From contig OZ024740.1 in assembly GCA_964016885.1 (NCBI GenBank), positions 121,768,001-121,832,000 on the forward strand: 64,000 bases of DNA. The letters run 5' to 3'. Position 1 is the stretch's first letter; each line of letters opens with the position of its first letter. The notes below the pieces were generated by a model that was not told where the DNA came from, did not search any database, and worked only from the letters and a program-made list of their open reading frames with translations. The position numbers were made by a program, and so were the translations under genes. This document shows, piece after piece, positions 1 through 16,770 of this stretch. This DNA comes from Eledone cirrhosa (taxonomy: Eukaryota).

Positions 1-3000
1 GATATTATCGTAATTTCATGATAAAAGTTGTATGATGTAAGCGCAATGGACCTGTTTGAAAGGCCACATTTAAAGGTGGAGCAAAGGGGGAACATTATTG
101 CCCCAACCCTTTTGCCAAAAAGAAGTATATTTTAACAAAAAGTATTTAACATCCTTCAGGTGGCAAACTACATCACATTTTCTCAACCTTAGTAATATGA
201 GGTTGTTATCAGAAAACAAATGTCGTTGTGTAATACGGTTGTGGCGTTATCGCAAATACAATCTTGCCCTAAACATTCTAAAATGGTTAGTTTAGGAAGG
301 GCATCCAACCATAGAAACCATGCCATATATGTGATGTATGAACAATATGAGGTCATTCCGACATGTCTTGACTTTGACTGCGAGAAACTGTCTGACTCAT
401 GCCATTGTGGAAAGAGGGCGTAAAATGAGGAAGGTTAGAATTTTGAATTTAATACCTCTATGTATAAATTTTCAATTTTACATATCAATGCTAGTCGACA
501 TTCGTATTTAAAATTGGGTTTTTGATGTGTATATAAATTTGTTGGTATGAGGGCTCCACCCTCAACCCTGCAGTGCCCCTGGCGTCAGAAAGTCTAAATC
601 TGGCCCTACCTCTCTGGGGTTAATAAGATAAGTATGGGTAAAATTTGAAAAGGGAATTGACAAGAAAGTAATCTGAGGCCTTTAAAAAATAAAACGTTGA
701 TGAATATAAAATTTATGCATTTGCCATCTCCACCGGGACAGGTTTAAGGGACAGGTTCTGCTCGGGGCATTTCTTGGTGAGAGTAGTTACCCTAACAATC
801 AATGTGAAGACAGACACCAGTCGTAAATGTTCAACATCATTGCAAACTTTCGATTGATCTAAATTGATCAGTGCCTGCATATGTTTTTTATGTTGTTTAG
901 CGTGTGTGTTGCTGTGAGACAAGAAATATTTTTCGTTGTGGCTTATTTTTAAGTAAATCGTGGCATTTTAATCTGAAAAACCCATGATTACAAAAGTATA
1001 ACTCGAATCCCCCTCTATATTGTTGAGATTTGAATTTCATATGATGGTATCAGGTTCTGGTTGGCCAAATCTCATAATTTGTGTTAATAAAGTGTTTAAA
1101 TTCTGTTGGTTGCCGTTTTGCCACCAAATACACAATTATTTTATATTGCATATCGTCTCTTCCACATTCGATATTAGATAGCTATTTCCAAATAATATAT
1201 GCCTTTCTTAAAAGACGTATATAGAGCCAGTGATCACCACGAACTGGTGAATAGTTTTTTGTTTCTTCTAATCTTTTTTGCTATGCAGAATCCAAGATTT
1301 AACTAAATGTTGTCAACGAAGATTTGTTTTCTCTAGCTGATTTCTTACTATGTGAGATATATATTCTACCTTATTTTTAATGTACTTTATCTCGATTTTC
1401 CTTTCTTTTATCCACCGTATATTGATCAATACTTATTTAAACCCTCTCTTAGCGTTACTGTCAATAAAAACCCATTTGACTTTGAGTATTTGATAAATTA
1501 TATTCTTCTGTTTGCATATACTATTCTTAACAGTCCCCTATAACTCGGAATTTTAATTTTGACCACTTAATATTAATTAAATCATATCACAGAGAATCGA
1601 CTCTTCAGTAATGTTCTTTCACTATAAAAGATTGTGATGATCTGTTGTGTTTATGAGGTCTCATCTAAAACTAAATCGTCGAGAATTTGTAGATTTTCTT
1701 CCAAACTGCATATTATATAATATATCATTTAATGTTTTTCTTTTCTTTTAAACGAAGCACATTTTGAAAGCTAAATTCTATTCATATATATGTGTTGAAG
1801 GCATGTGTTGACTATGGGAAATTATAGATTGAAACATATTGTAGGTAACTAATTCTTATATGCGGATATTTACTATTATCCTTCATTTCTGTAATACTCA
1901 CCCCAGAATCCAATTAAGAAACATTTTTGCATATTACTGTAATATTTCAACCATTTTCCCCTACATAGAAATAAAAAAAATAAATCCATAGAATGTTCCA
2001 GTTAGAAAACATTATTCGTTTGATTTATATATTTTCCATTTCATTGAATGCACTCGCAAGTTTTCTTCTGACAGAAATTATCCAATCAGTCTTAATATTG
2101 GGGTATAGAGCCTTTCATCGTAGTCTTTGGGAAAATTGTCTCAGTAATATTTCGACAATTGTTTTCCCTACGATTGTGCTTGCGGTGTTAACACATTGAT
2201 TGTCATTTAGGGCATCAATATATTATTTAGGACCTATGTTACTTCTAATATATTTTTCACTTTGCAAGCCTACTATATCAGTCGCATAACCACTTGCGAT
2301 ATTAGTAGTATACTCTTTCACTCTTTCTATCTCTTTCCATAATATTTCGTATCAATTCTTGTTTTATGTATTTTTTTTTTGCAAATGCAAATACTGTAAT
2401 AGCCTGCCTATCACTAATTTGCCGCTCTGAATTCTCTTCTTGAAGCGGTTGCCCATTCTTCCCATGACCCTGGTTGGTACGAGATTGTACCCCTGTTGTG
2501 TCTGCAGATCAATAAATCAGATATTCGTGATATTGTTACATTTATCGAATTATTTCTATATTCGAGTTACATCTAATATTTCCATTCTAAAAATATGTTT
2601 ATTTTAATAGAAATGAAAACTTGCAGGTAATCTATAAAAATCTTTTTAAATAATTATGCATTTAATGGAAAAGTTTAATTCAGATTAATCCTTTAACATT
2701 AATGCAGTTTTCTCCTAGATTAAAACCAAGTTAAGTTTAAATAAACATTTAATGATTGGAAATACTTTAGTAAATATATACGCTCAGATAACGGGATGCA
2801 ATGATTAGCAGTCGAAAATACAATTGCATTTCAGTGACCCAAAGAAAATAACCGTTCTGCTATCAAGTCTAAAGAAGGAACCGAAAGATAAGCTGACCTT
2901 AAAAATATAGTCTATGGAATATGATGACGATTACACGACGAAATCACTACTTCTAAATAGAGCAACCCTTGTAGCTTGAATTGTGCTGAAAAATCAATTC

Positions 3001-3689
3001 CATTTAGAGAAACTCTTTAACTGTATTTTTATTAAACGTGTATTTATCTTTCCGGTATGTACGTTGCTTCTAAACAGTATAGAATTTAACGTATTCTTCG
3101 AATTTCTTTAGTTGTTATTATTGATGCTACTCTACCTAGTCGCTCCTGCAGTTAAAGTTGAAAATGGTGTAGGTGTAGATGGAACACAGTTTTTCTAATA
3201 ATTCTGCTGCTTTCTGTACAATTTAATGAATAGAATCTTTACAGTCCTATGACTCGGAAGGAAAGCTTGTCTAAAGAAAATTGCAGACGACAATATGAAA
3301 ATATATCTAGAAATATAAATACAAAGATACACATGCAATATACATCCATATATATTACAGCATACATACGTTCATGTACAAACACAGATGAACTAAGTTC
3401 TTCACACACACAAACGAAAGCACAAATACACATATATACAGACACCGCTCCACAGACACGCCGCACACACACACGCACACATATTTATATACATATGGGT
3501 ATGTGTGCGTACAGGCGTATGATTATAAAATACAATGGGAAATATACGTATATATTTTGTAGCAATACTTACGGACACTCAATTCCTATGTAGATATATA
3601 TATGCTTTCTCATATATGTAATTCTACATATATATTCTACAGATATATAGACGTGCAGGGACAATACAAATGTATACACGCTCACCCAC

Positions 3690-4179
<490 letters not shown>

Positions 4180-4239
4180 CTACCAATACTGGAATTGAAT
4201 AATCAAGACCGTAGCGATATGTCATGTATCAAATCATAT

Positions 4240-4302
4240 ATTTTGTCTGATGAGGACGTACTGAAAAAACAACAGCGTACCTTTGAAATATATATAAAGT
4301 AT
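4240..4302 (+). ncRNA. Degenerate type-I hammerhead-like motif in a ~180-bp island between (TA)n tracts
   Basis: CTGATGA at 4247-4253, imperfect stem II, GAAA at 4285, palindromic ATATATAT-A stem III; stem I pairing is weak. Confidence 0.35.
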
Positions 4303-4404
4303 ACATTTTGATTATGAGAATAGTTTACTTTTGTTAATATTTTGAATAATATCATACATATATATATATTATAGTGAGAGGGAGAGCGAGAGAGAGAGAG
4401 AAAG

Positions 4405-4536
<132 letters not shown>

Positions 4537-5120
4537 TAAGAGAGAGAGAGAGAGACGTACCCAATTCCCGGAAAACATAAGAATGCGCCCCGAACATGTA
4601 AAAGAAACAACATCTCATTGCTCAGCCATAATTTTCTACGTTAGCGATTGTGTATCTCTAGGAAGAAGAAACCACTGTTGCAGCATAATATGTCTTACTT
4701 TTTATTTACGGTAACGAATAATTAAATAAGAAGAAGAGTCATACAAGTAAAAATAATCTTATTGCTTGGAAAGACAAAAACGATAATGATTTTAAAGTTA
4801 TATATTAACTGGAGGAAATTATTTCAAGTATTCTATCGGCAATGTGGTTATATTAAAACTATCGAAAATTGATTGTTCAATGCAATCAGGTTTTATGGAA
4901 TACCCGATTCCACCTCCACGGAAAAAATATCCTCCATCATTGAATTTAGTTATAAAGTTGTGGAAAACCAACTAATAATGTAATAATTCAATTACATCTA
5001 AGTATTTATTCTTTGAGTTTTTTTTACTCTTATATATGAAGTAATGTGAAGCAGAATTCAAGACTGGAATATTATCGAGATATGTACATGTATGTATGCA
5101 TATATACAGCTAACATTATT

Positions 5121-5312
5121 TTGTGGATTGGCAGTATCAGTAGAGGGTCGGACGCCATGCTTTGACGCATAGAGTTACGGCCCTTGCTATTCTGAGTTCA
5201 AATCCCGCCGAGGTTAACTTTGCCTTTCATCCTTACGGGGTCGATAAAATAAAGTACCAGTAATGCACTGGAATAATTGCTGGTCTTGTGTCAAAAGTAG
5301 AAACAATTATTT
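5121..5312 (+). mobile_element. tRNA-derived SINE (octopod-type)
   Basis: A-box-like TGGCAGTATCAGT, B-box GTTCAAATCC, core CTTTGCCTTTCATCCTTACGGGGTCGATAAAATAAAGTACCAGT, ATT tail; near-identical copies at 12793, 16572 and 16773. Confidence 0.9.
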
Positions 5313-5476
5313 TATATGTTATTCCACAAGATTATATGATGACATTTACATACTCTGTCTGTTGTCTCTCCCACACAGATACAGACACATAGACGAAGAC
5401 ACATACACGCACGCATATATAATTACATAACTAAATAACTAAATAAATATCTATTTATCTATCTATATCTCTCTCC

Positions 5477-5526
<50 letters not shown>

Positions 5527-5532
<6 letters not shown>

Positions 5533-7410
5533 TAAAATAATAGATTAAAGTTTAAACAAAGAATCGCTGCTTTCAACATTAACGGGATCTTCTGAAACTA
5601 ACAAAGTAAATCTGTAAACGCAGAACTGGATATTTCAAAAAACGTTGCAGCCGGAGGAAGACAGGAAGACGATACTTTGGTTCGTGGTAACGTTCGCTGG
5701 CAAAGAACGGGAAAAAACGAATAATACGTCATTAATAGGAGCGGTGAAAAACAATTACGCGCAAAGACAAAACCACGTTAATGGTATAAAAGAGGTCGTA
5801 GACTAATGTTCTCTTAGGTGGTGCATAGAGACGTTCTCTGGCAATGAACGAAAAAACGAAGATAATAAGTCATATGTGGAGCGTGGAGAACAATAGCACG
5901 CAAAGACAAAACCACGTAAATGGTATTGCAGAAATCGTAGACTAAAATTCTAACTAGGAGACCAAATGAATCTCCGCTACAGAGTTAAGAACAAAGTAAA
6001 TAAATACAATACAGAAGTAATAGGAACAAATAAATACATACACGCAAACAGATACGTACATACACAAGCATACGCAAGACCTTACCATGGGTATACAAAA
6101 CCACGCCCATATAAATATGTGTGTGTGTGTATCCTTGTGTACAAATAAATAAATAAGTATATAAACGTATATAAGTAAATAAATACGTATATAACAAGCG
6201 CACACACATACCTACATATAAATACACGAATGTTCGGAGACGTAAGTCAACTAAAACAAGAAGTACACATATACACACACCCACCATACGTACGAACCTG
6301 CACACTCACGCGGACGCAAAACTCCCGTATACACATAGCCAAACCCTAAATACCAGAATATGTAAAAATTATACGCTATAACAGTCAAATATACGTACGA
6401 GAAGGTATACATACCTTCACAAAACATACGGGTAATATATACTTACCTATGCAAATAAGTAAAGGAATAAACAAAACATATACTTAGCTCCCACATCAAG
6501 ACGTAAAATATCCACGTATAGATCGTGCTATCCGTTAGGGTATAACGTGGGGCTGTAATACAGGAAAGTTTTGTGCAATTTATGTTTACAAGCCGAAATT
6601 GCCTCAGATTTTTTGTTTAAGATGTGGTCTGTAGCGTAGAGTATTTCCAGGGCCTCAGCGGCGCAGAGGTCACATGGTATTTTATTTCCGTTATACGATC
6701 TAGCCCTAGCTAGGATCTCCCAGTGTAACTTATATTGGATGTGGTTGTCTTTTAGACTCCAGATATAAGCTGAAAGTGACGTCATATTCCTTCTTAGAGG
6801 GTAACGAAAAGAATGGGTATGGATGTAAAGACGCTGCTTGAAACTATTGTCGGTTAACCCTATGTAGGCCCTACGGGACGTGGATGTTTCAACCTTACAT
6901 TTGTAGACAATGTTACTAGAGAGGCAATTCCCGGATAGGGGGCAATCAGCCCTATTCCTACAATTACAGTTAGTACTACCTACAGGGTTGCACGTGTTCC
7001 TACGGCTAGGTAGTTTAGCTAAATTTGAAGCTGTGATGTTATGTGCAAGGTTAGGAGTCGTAGAGTAAGACATTTTAATAGTATTTCTATTAACAATTTT
7101 ACTATATTTATGTGTAGGGGGAAAATGCTTCGTAATAAGGGAAAGAAAGATATTAGCTAATGGTGTGGCCACCTCTATATTAAATGGTGGGTTAAACCAA
7201 CAAATGCGACGGGATCTATTTCTTCTAGGTCTATTTTCGTACTCTGTATATGCTACCTTATCGACAAATCCACTTCGAGCAAGAGCTTCATTGTAATAAG
7301 TGGAATGGTGGTTGAAAATGTGCTCGTTGGTGGAAAGACGGGAAAGCCTCAACGAAACGTTTCTTACCAGGTTCTTGGTTATGCTGGCAGGATGGTTGGA
7401 ATGCTTACTT
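5527..7410 (-). mobile_element. Penelope-like element, 5'-truncated (RT C-terminus, linker, GIY-YIG, 3' pLTR), ending at (TA)n
   Basis: ORF 6528-7532(-): SNHP, WFNPPF, CNCRNRADCPLSGNC, IVYKC..YIGLT..FKQR, CDLC, LNKKSE; its 3' region recurs at 58297 and 63583. Confidence 0.92.
6528..7410 (-). pseudogene. PLE ORF C-terminal part (thumb, Cys linker, GIY-YIG endonuclease)
   Basis: Open frame with GIY-YIG motifs; the first ~40 aa of the listed ORF (7411-7532) are read from the adjacent inverted copy and are not real. Confidence 0.88.
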
Positions 7411-8537
7411 AGATCCCGTCGCATTTGTTGGTTTAACCCACCATATAATATGGAGGTGGCCACACCATTAGCTACGATCTTTCTTTCCCTTATTACGAAG
7501 CCTTTTCCCCCTACACATAAACATAGTAACATTTTTAATAGAAATACTACTAAAATGTCTTACTCTACGACTCCTAACCTTGCACATAACATCACAGCTT
7601 CAAATTTAGCTAAACTACCTAGCCGTAGGAAAACGTGCAACCCTGTAGGTAGTACTAACTGTAATTTAGGAATCGGGCTGATTGCCCCCTATCCGGGAAA
7701 TGCCTCTCTAGTAACATTGTCTACAAATGTAAGGTTGTAACACCCACGCCCCCTAGGGCCTACATAGGGTTAACCGCCAATAGTTTCAAGCAGCGTCTTT
7801 ACATGCATACCCATTCTTTTCGTTACCCTCTAAGAAGGAATATGACGTCACTTTCAGCTTATATCTGGAGTCTAAAAGACAACCACATCCAATATAAGTT
7901 ACACTGGGAGATCCTAGCTAGGGCTAGATTGTATAACGGAAATAAAAGACAATGTGACCTCTGCGCCGCTGAGGCCCTGGAAATACTCTACGCTACAGAC
8001 CACATCTTAAACAAAAAATCTGAGTCAATTTCGGCTTGTAAACATAAATTGCACAAAACTTTCCTGTATTACAGCCCCACGTTATACCCTAACGGATAGC
8101 ACGATCTATACGTGGATATTTTACGTCTTGATGTGGGAGCTAAGTATATGTTTTGTTTATTCCTTTACTTATTTGCATAGGTAAGTATATATTACCCGTA
8201 TGTTTTGTGAAGGTATGTATACCTTCTCGTACGTATATTCGACTGTTATAGCGTATCATTTTTACATATTCTGGTATTTAGGGTTTGGCTATGTGTATAC
8301 GGGAGTTTTGCGTCCGCGTGATTGTGCAGGCTCGTACGTATGGTGGGTGTGTGTATATGTGTACTTCTTGTTTTAGTTGACTTACGTCTCCGAACATTCG
8401 TGTATTTATATGTAGGTATGCATGTGCGCTTGTTATATACGTATTTATTTACTTATATACTTTTATATAATTATTTATTTATTTGTACACAAGCATACAC
8501 ACACACACATATTTATATGTGCGTGGTTTTGCATACC
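7411..8537 (+). mobile_element. Inverted second copy of the same PLE 3' region (GIY-YIG, frameshifted)
   Basis: Reverse complement of ~6095-7216; ORFs 7300-7740 and 7803-8099 give the same peptide with frameshifts. Confidence 0.9.
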
Positions 8538-8539
8538 AA

Positions 8540-10650
<2,111 letters not shown>

Positions 10651-11049
10651 TAGAGGGAGAGAGAGAGAGAGAGATTGTGCAGGAATGACCCTACGCAACT
10701 TAAACATGTGCCCCCTTTACAAGTGCCCCGATTTTTTCACACAACATTAAAGAATAATTAAAGGAAAACTTCATTAACAAATTTAAACCAAATTTAAATA
10801 TGTAATCACCATCATTTGATCCCCCCCCACCCCACCCCACACACACCACGAAATAAGAGAGAAAGAATTGCTCATTCACATATTTTTCCAAAGATTCTTG
10901 ATTGAAAGCCACCACAATACTAAGAAATAGGTGTATGTAAACAGACTCATTAACTGCTTAATGAACACAACCACAAGGATATGGAGCGGACGTGAAAGAG
11001 CCGAACTCCCACTGCCATTGCTTCTATCTCACTCGCCCTCCCAACCTCA

Positions 11050-12260
11050 CTGTATGGTGAGCAAATGGGGTGCCACGTGCTAGCCTCCCCACAGCCACGG
11101 CGGACAGAATGGGTCGGCGTTTCCCCGAGGATGGTAAGGGAGATACGCTGGAAGAGTCATTTCAACTGGCGAGGGTCATATATGTGGCTGGCCAGCTCAG
11201 CACCTATGGTGGTGAGTAGGGAGGTAGCCCTAGGACAAGGACAACAAAAGTCACCACAGCCAAAAGCACGACCGCGAACCTGTCGGAGAGTGACCGGTGC
11301 TTGGAGAGTTTGGCCTCCTCAGCCCGACGTGCAGCAGAACCTGGATCAGTCGCAGACTACTCCAGGTTGAGGCTGGAGAAAGTGTCGCGGCAAGTGGCAT
11401 CCCTGACAAGGGGTTTGCCAACGCGGAACGGGAAGATGGTCATGCCGTCTGGCCTATTTCCGTTGCTCCCGATCCAACCCCACCAGCTCGAGCTGGGCGG
11501 TGGAGCCTACAGAGTCCAAGCCATGCTTTATGATCTATTTAAGGGCAACATGGCGTGGAAGGCGAAAGGAAAGCGGGTGGAGACCGAAAGACTCCATGGT
11601 GGATCCACAGTGCCATTTATGTGGCTCGCAGATCCGGAGGCCAAGCCTCAGGGAAACGTCGATGCGCAGGCTATCATTATCCAGCTGCGTGCCAGTGTAG
11701 AAGGAGGGAAATGCATGGAGCCAGGCACCACTGTGGTGTATGGAGGCCGCGCGAAAAGAGGCAAGGCGGTACTGGTCGAGCTGGCGCGTGAGCTTGTCTG
11801 AGCCCCGGCTGCACTATATGGCATCCCAAATGCTTTTGGGTGACTTAACGTCAGCAGGGGGAGAAGTATGAGGGACGTCTACTAGGCTAAGTCCCAGCCG
11901 GTCCCACGTCTCACAGGAGGCCTCACGTTCCCCGATCACAAAAGGTCCCATTGAGTTTTGGAGGACACTGCTGACGAGGACGCGGCATGATGTTACCGAC
12001 GAAAAAAATAAACGCCGGCGAAGCCAGTGAGATCGGGTACCGGAGGCCAAGGGCAACATATCTGACAGGTAAAGTTGCCTGTTGCCAACCAATATCGTCA
12101 AACCTGACGTTGCATATCTCCTCGGCGTCCGCTCTGAGAGATATATATCGAGGTCAGTGAGGAAAGATGCGTGGCTGTAGCACGGAGCCCTGCGAAGGGT
12201 ATAGAGGAGTTTCGGAATGGTGAAAGACTGCTGCTCTGGTCTGTTTTTTTAAATTTCTAC
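11050..12260 (-). mobile_element. Probable degenerate ORF1/5' fragment of a Tx1-like LINE
   Basis: GC-rich island; minus strand has a decayed 'RRP.C..C...HVA..C' knuckle resembling ORF1 near 31360. Confidence 0.35.
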
Positions 12261-12792
12261 AACAAAGGGACTGTGACAGACAGGCTGGAGCACACACACA
12301 CACCCACACACCCACACACACACATGTGTGTATTTTTATATATACTCTGAGACTAAACATACTCCGTAAAAATATATTCCAAATATAGAATATCTTTTAC
12401 AACCCTAGTGTTGCCATAGAATTTGTTTCTAACTCACAATTCCACTCTCACCACCCCCATCTGAACTCATGACCAGTCCATTAACACAATTGAGATATAC
12501 TCATACATATTTACAGAATATTTCCTTTGTCCCAAAAAACAATTTTGATCTCTGAAGAAACACACCAACCACCACAATTGCTACTACTGTATGACTACAC
12601 CTCTCCCCCCTATACATAGGAGTTCATTCCCTAGTCTCCTTCTTAACAAGGAAGATGCAAAAATCTTACATCTTAATTTTAAATATTTAATTTTTAGTTT
12701 TTAATTGTTACTATTTCTTTTTAATTGTAATACTCAATATTTGATAATATGAAATTTAATAATACCTCGAAACCGGTTATAATTTATAAACA

Positions 12793-12940
12793 TGACGCAT
12801 AGAGTTACGGCCCTTGCCATTCTGAGTTCAAATCACGCCGAGGTTAACTTTGCCTTTCATCCTTACGGGGTCGATAACATAAAGTACCAGTAATGCACTG
12901 AGTATTTGCTGGCCTTGTGCCAAATGTAGAAACAATTATT
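12793..12940 (+). mobile_element. tRNA-derived SINE, 5'-truncated
   Basis: B-box and core nearly identical to the 5121 copy. Confidence 0.88.
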
Positions 12941-13188
12941 AAACTATTTTTCAAAGATTTGTCCCTCTCATTTTTTAATAATGTCACTTTCACGAATCAA
13001 AGAAAAGAGAAAAAAAACAGACCCTAAAATGTATTGTCCCTGCTATTTCCAACTTCTCCTTTACTTTCTTCCTCTCTCTCTCTCTTTCTATCACACACAC
13101 CCGCTCTCTCTCTTTCTCTCACACACACACAATCTCTCTCTCTTTCTCACTCTCTCTCTCTCTCTCTCTCTCTCTGTCTATGTGTATA

Positions 13189-13281
<93 letters not shown>

Positions 13282-13304
13282 ATATATATATATATAAATA
13301 CATG

Positions 13305-13416
13305 AAAACGTCTTGTTGAGTCAAACTAAGGCACACGTTAATACTATCCACTACACGGAGTACTCTAACTGGACTACATATAAGTGGACTGCCTATAAAG
13401 ATGACCTGTTACCCTG
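13305..13416. repeat. Short dispersed repeat between (TA)n tracts
   Basis: Reverse complement is homologous to 57908-58015. Confidence 0.55.
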
Positions 13417-13489
13417 TATATATATATATATATATATATATATTTCTAAATGCATACACACACATATATGTTTAAACCCTCTCCCTATA

Positions 13490-13685
13490 TATAACAAAGA
13501 ATGAGTGCCAAGATACTAGGTGGACTAAAACGTAACAGAGTACTCGATACTTAGGATAGTAGAGTGGATAATATGAAAAGAGTCAGGACCTACGAGTAGG
13601 CTCGGGGCGTTCGACAACTAGATCCGAACTCATCGGATCTAGCTCTCGAAATGGCCGGAGCTAAGCCCATCGGGGTCCTAACTCT

Positions 13686-13689
<4 letters not shown>
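13490..13689. mobile_element. Fold-back element family P, copy 1 (palindrome 13575-13689 with HHR 3' half)
   Basis: Homologous to 49678-49884, 53611-53780 and 57764-57881; hairpin, GAAA, stem III, ATC, GGGGTCC. Confidence 0.7.
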
Positions 13690-13751
<62 letters not shown>

Positions 13752-13989
13752 CCACACATATATATATATATATATATATATTTATTTATAACTTTATTAA
13801 GGTTTGTTGGTTCACCACTGGATAGAACTGGCCATTCCGTATGGTCAATCCTGGTGTAATATTGTGATGAGTACTCAACGCAGTGCAGTTCACCCATCTT
13901 CGTTTGTGTAGTTGGTGGTGCGAATACGGAGTTAATTATAAATGAAATAACAGGAGGCTGGACAGGTGTAAATCCTTGAAAGGTTTATT

Positions 13990-14047
13990 ATACTATGATC
14001 ATTTCAATGATAGGGTTCCATATGAATCTGGTGATATCATCAGGTAT
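13990..14047 (-). ncRNA. Type-I hammerhead motif (stem II decayed) within a ~390-bp (TA)n-flanked element
   Basis: Minus strand: ATAC-CTGATGA-...-GAA-ATGATCAT-A-GTAT followed by AATAAA. Confidence 0.6.
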
Positions 14048-14299
14048 TGTAATATAACAAAGGAATATGTAAAAAGCCATGGGTCCGAAAGACTATGGGT
14101 CCGAGACACACTGTGGAGCTAGTTGGTCAGCCGCCCTCTCTGTCTCTGGTTTCTCGGACCCATGTTTTTTTATATATATATATATAAATATATATAACTG
14201 AAATAATATATATATATAATATATATAAATAATATATATCTATAATATATATATATATCTATATATGTATATATATATATATATAATTATTATTATTAT

Positions 14300-15955
14300 T
14301 ACTGCACAAACTGGAGACGTTGAAGATCTGACGGAAGATCTGTGTCACCACAAGCGGATGATGTCACCGTAGTGGTATCGAACGCCAAATACATCGACAG
14401 GAGCAATGATCAACCAGAAAAGGTCGGTGGGCCTGCACCTCGGCACCTGACGAAGCAGGTCCATGCCATCCAACGGTGTCGTCGGGCGCTGGACGGACGG
14501 ACCGCTTAAATTGCTGAGGGGTCTGGTTCGGTCCGGAACTCTAGACGGACAAAAACTGGGACGAGGTGACGAGCAGGGTGGCTTCTCTCACCCAGAAATA
14601 GGCGGAGAGGAAGCTAGCCCTGAAAGGTCGAGCCGAGGTGGCAAACGAGTACATCGCGTCCTTCATCTACTACCGCCTGACCGTCGTGCCTTGTCCTAAA
14701 CCTCGCCTGACTGTGCTGGAGCGTTTGCTCTTTCGCTTTTTGGGGAAGAGACGCGCTCCGATTGTCAGGCGGTCCATCTGCTGTCAACATCCGCTACGTG
14801 GAGGGCTGGGAATGCCGTGGCTGGTGATGTGCAGACTGGCGCTCAGGATACGACATCTCCACCTCTTCCTCGACGGTGATCAGGTGTGGTCGCCGTTGGC
14901 TTGACGCGTCTTTCCTAGCTCGTCTCCTTGACGGAGCTGCAGCCCTGGGTCAAGCGAAGACCGAGAGGGAGCGCTTGGAGACTGGAACGACATCTTGCGC
15001 TCACAGCCCTCGACCAATCGGGCAATGTGATCGGTGCAAACTCGACCTTGGCGTTCTATAGAGGATTAGTGGAGGGGAAGAGTGACGTCGTACTTGGGGA
15101 AACTCTAGGCGTCGACGAAAATCAGCTAGCCAATCTCTTTGGAAGAACTTTCGGGCCGGGGCCTATGGACAACTTCCAGAAATCCCAGGCCTGGCAGTGC
15201 TAACGAGGATATTTGCGAGTTCGGGATAAATTCTACAGGCATGGAGGTGCCGTCAGCCGGGCATGTCCGAGATGTGCGCACTACGACGAAACCGTCCTGC
15301 ATGCACTCGTCCAGTGTCCGAGCATTGCTGACTTGTGTGTTTATGTCGAACACCTGCTGACACGTGTAGAACGAATTCGACTATCATCTGAATCCATCGT
15401 GAGGATCGCCCCGCCCTCCTCCTTTAGCTGGAAAGAGCAAGCAGTTTTTATCTGTCTGGTGGCCATGGTGAAAGAGATAGTGTGGTGGACGAGTCTGAAA
15501 GGGCTGAAGACGAGCACTTACCTCTTCGGTGATGCCCTGATTAACGTTTTCCAATTTCATTTGAAAAGGAAAATCAGGGTATAGAAGGAACTGCTCTCTT
15601 CCCAGCTTTTTGTTGAAAGATGGGTGAGAGAGGCAAGAATGGCCCGAGCGAATGGACCTACTCTGAGTATATGCTTGTAAATTGAAGGTGGAAAACTGGG
15701 AGAGGACATCTGACCTAGTGGTCAGGTTCACCTGGCTTTTTTTAATGGACTTTCTCCACGATGTCCCTCGGAATTCTCCTTCTTATTGGGGTTTTTTCAT
15801 TATTCTTTTATTACATCCTTTGTTTTTTTTTGTTTTTTTACACGCAGCAATGCCCATTTGTACCGTCCTCTATTGTCCTGTACTGTCCTTAATATCTACT
15901 TTGTTTAAACCCTTGTGGTTAATAAAGAATGCATTATTATTATTATTATTATTAT
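14300..15955 (+). mobile_element. Tx1-clade LINE, 5'-truncated and degenerate (RT end plus CCHC zinc finger)
   Basis: ADDVT, LFRFLG..P.VRR..CC.HP..GGLGMP, CPRCAHYDETVLHALVQC; AATAAA plus (ATT)n tail. Confidence 0.9.
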
Positions 15956-16570
15956 TGTCGACTGAGTCCATTGTGCAGATGGTCTCTCCGTCTTCCTTCG
16001 AGGAGGAAGGGCAGGCGGTTTTCATATGCCTGGTGGCCATGGCGAAAGCGATTGTGTAGTGGACAAGGTTAAAAGGGTTAAAGACAGACATTTTCTCTTC
16101 GGCAAATCCCTAATTAACTTTCAAGTTTCACTTGAAGAGGTAAATCAGGGTGGAGAGGCAAGTGCTGCTTTCTAGCAAGTTTGTTGAAAGGTGGGTGAAT
16201 GTAGCGAGAATGGTCCGAGTGAACGGGATAACTCTGAATATTCGTCTGTAGTTTGAGAGATGGAAATTTTTGAGAGAGGGCGCTTGCCCTGGTGGTCAGG
16301 GTGGCCGTGGTCTATTGTGTGGTTCTCGCCACGAGTAACCCTCGGAGGTTTCCCCCCTATTGGGGAATGTTTCATTGTTTCAATTTTCATTTTTAGTGTT
16401 TATATATATATATGTTTCTATGTCCTTTTTTTTCTTTTCTTATATGAATAATAAAAATATTTACACTCACAAAACCCACATCGTACCGTCCTGTACCGTC
16501 CTGTGCCGTCTGTAATGTTTTTCTTTATGTCAGCCCTTATGGCCAATAAAGAAATCATTATTATTATTTT
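15956..16570 (+). mobile_element. Tx1-clade LINE 3' fragment
   Basis: Highly similar to 37318-37770; AATAAA plus (ATT)n tail. Confidence 0.85.
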
Positions 16571-16571
16571 T

Positions 16572-16768
16572 AAGGTGGATTGGCAGTATCGGTAGAGTGT
16601 TGGACGCCATGCTTTCTTGCATAGTTACGTCCCTTTACGATCTGAGTTCAAATCCCGCCGAGGTTGACTTTGCCTTTCATCCTTACGGGGTCGATAAAAT
16701 AAAGTACCAGTAATGCACTGGGTAATTGCTGGCCTTGTGCCTAAAGTAGAAACAATTATTATTATTTT
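16572..16768 (+). mobile_element. tRNA-derived SINE (tandem copy 1)
   Basis: A/B boxes, core and ATT tail. Confidence 0.92.
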
Positions 16769-16770
16769 AA

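Noticed and set aside
700-2450. Possible ancient R4-type LINE on the minus strand, and a hAT-like end near 565-607
   Set aside because: Only faint motif remnants; not supportable without alignment
5121-5210. tRNA gene
   Set aside because: A/B boxes belong to a SINE head; no complete cloverleaf
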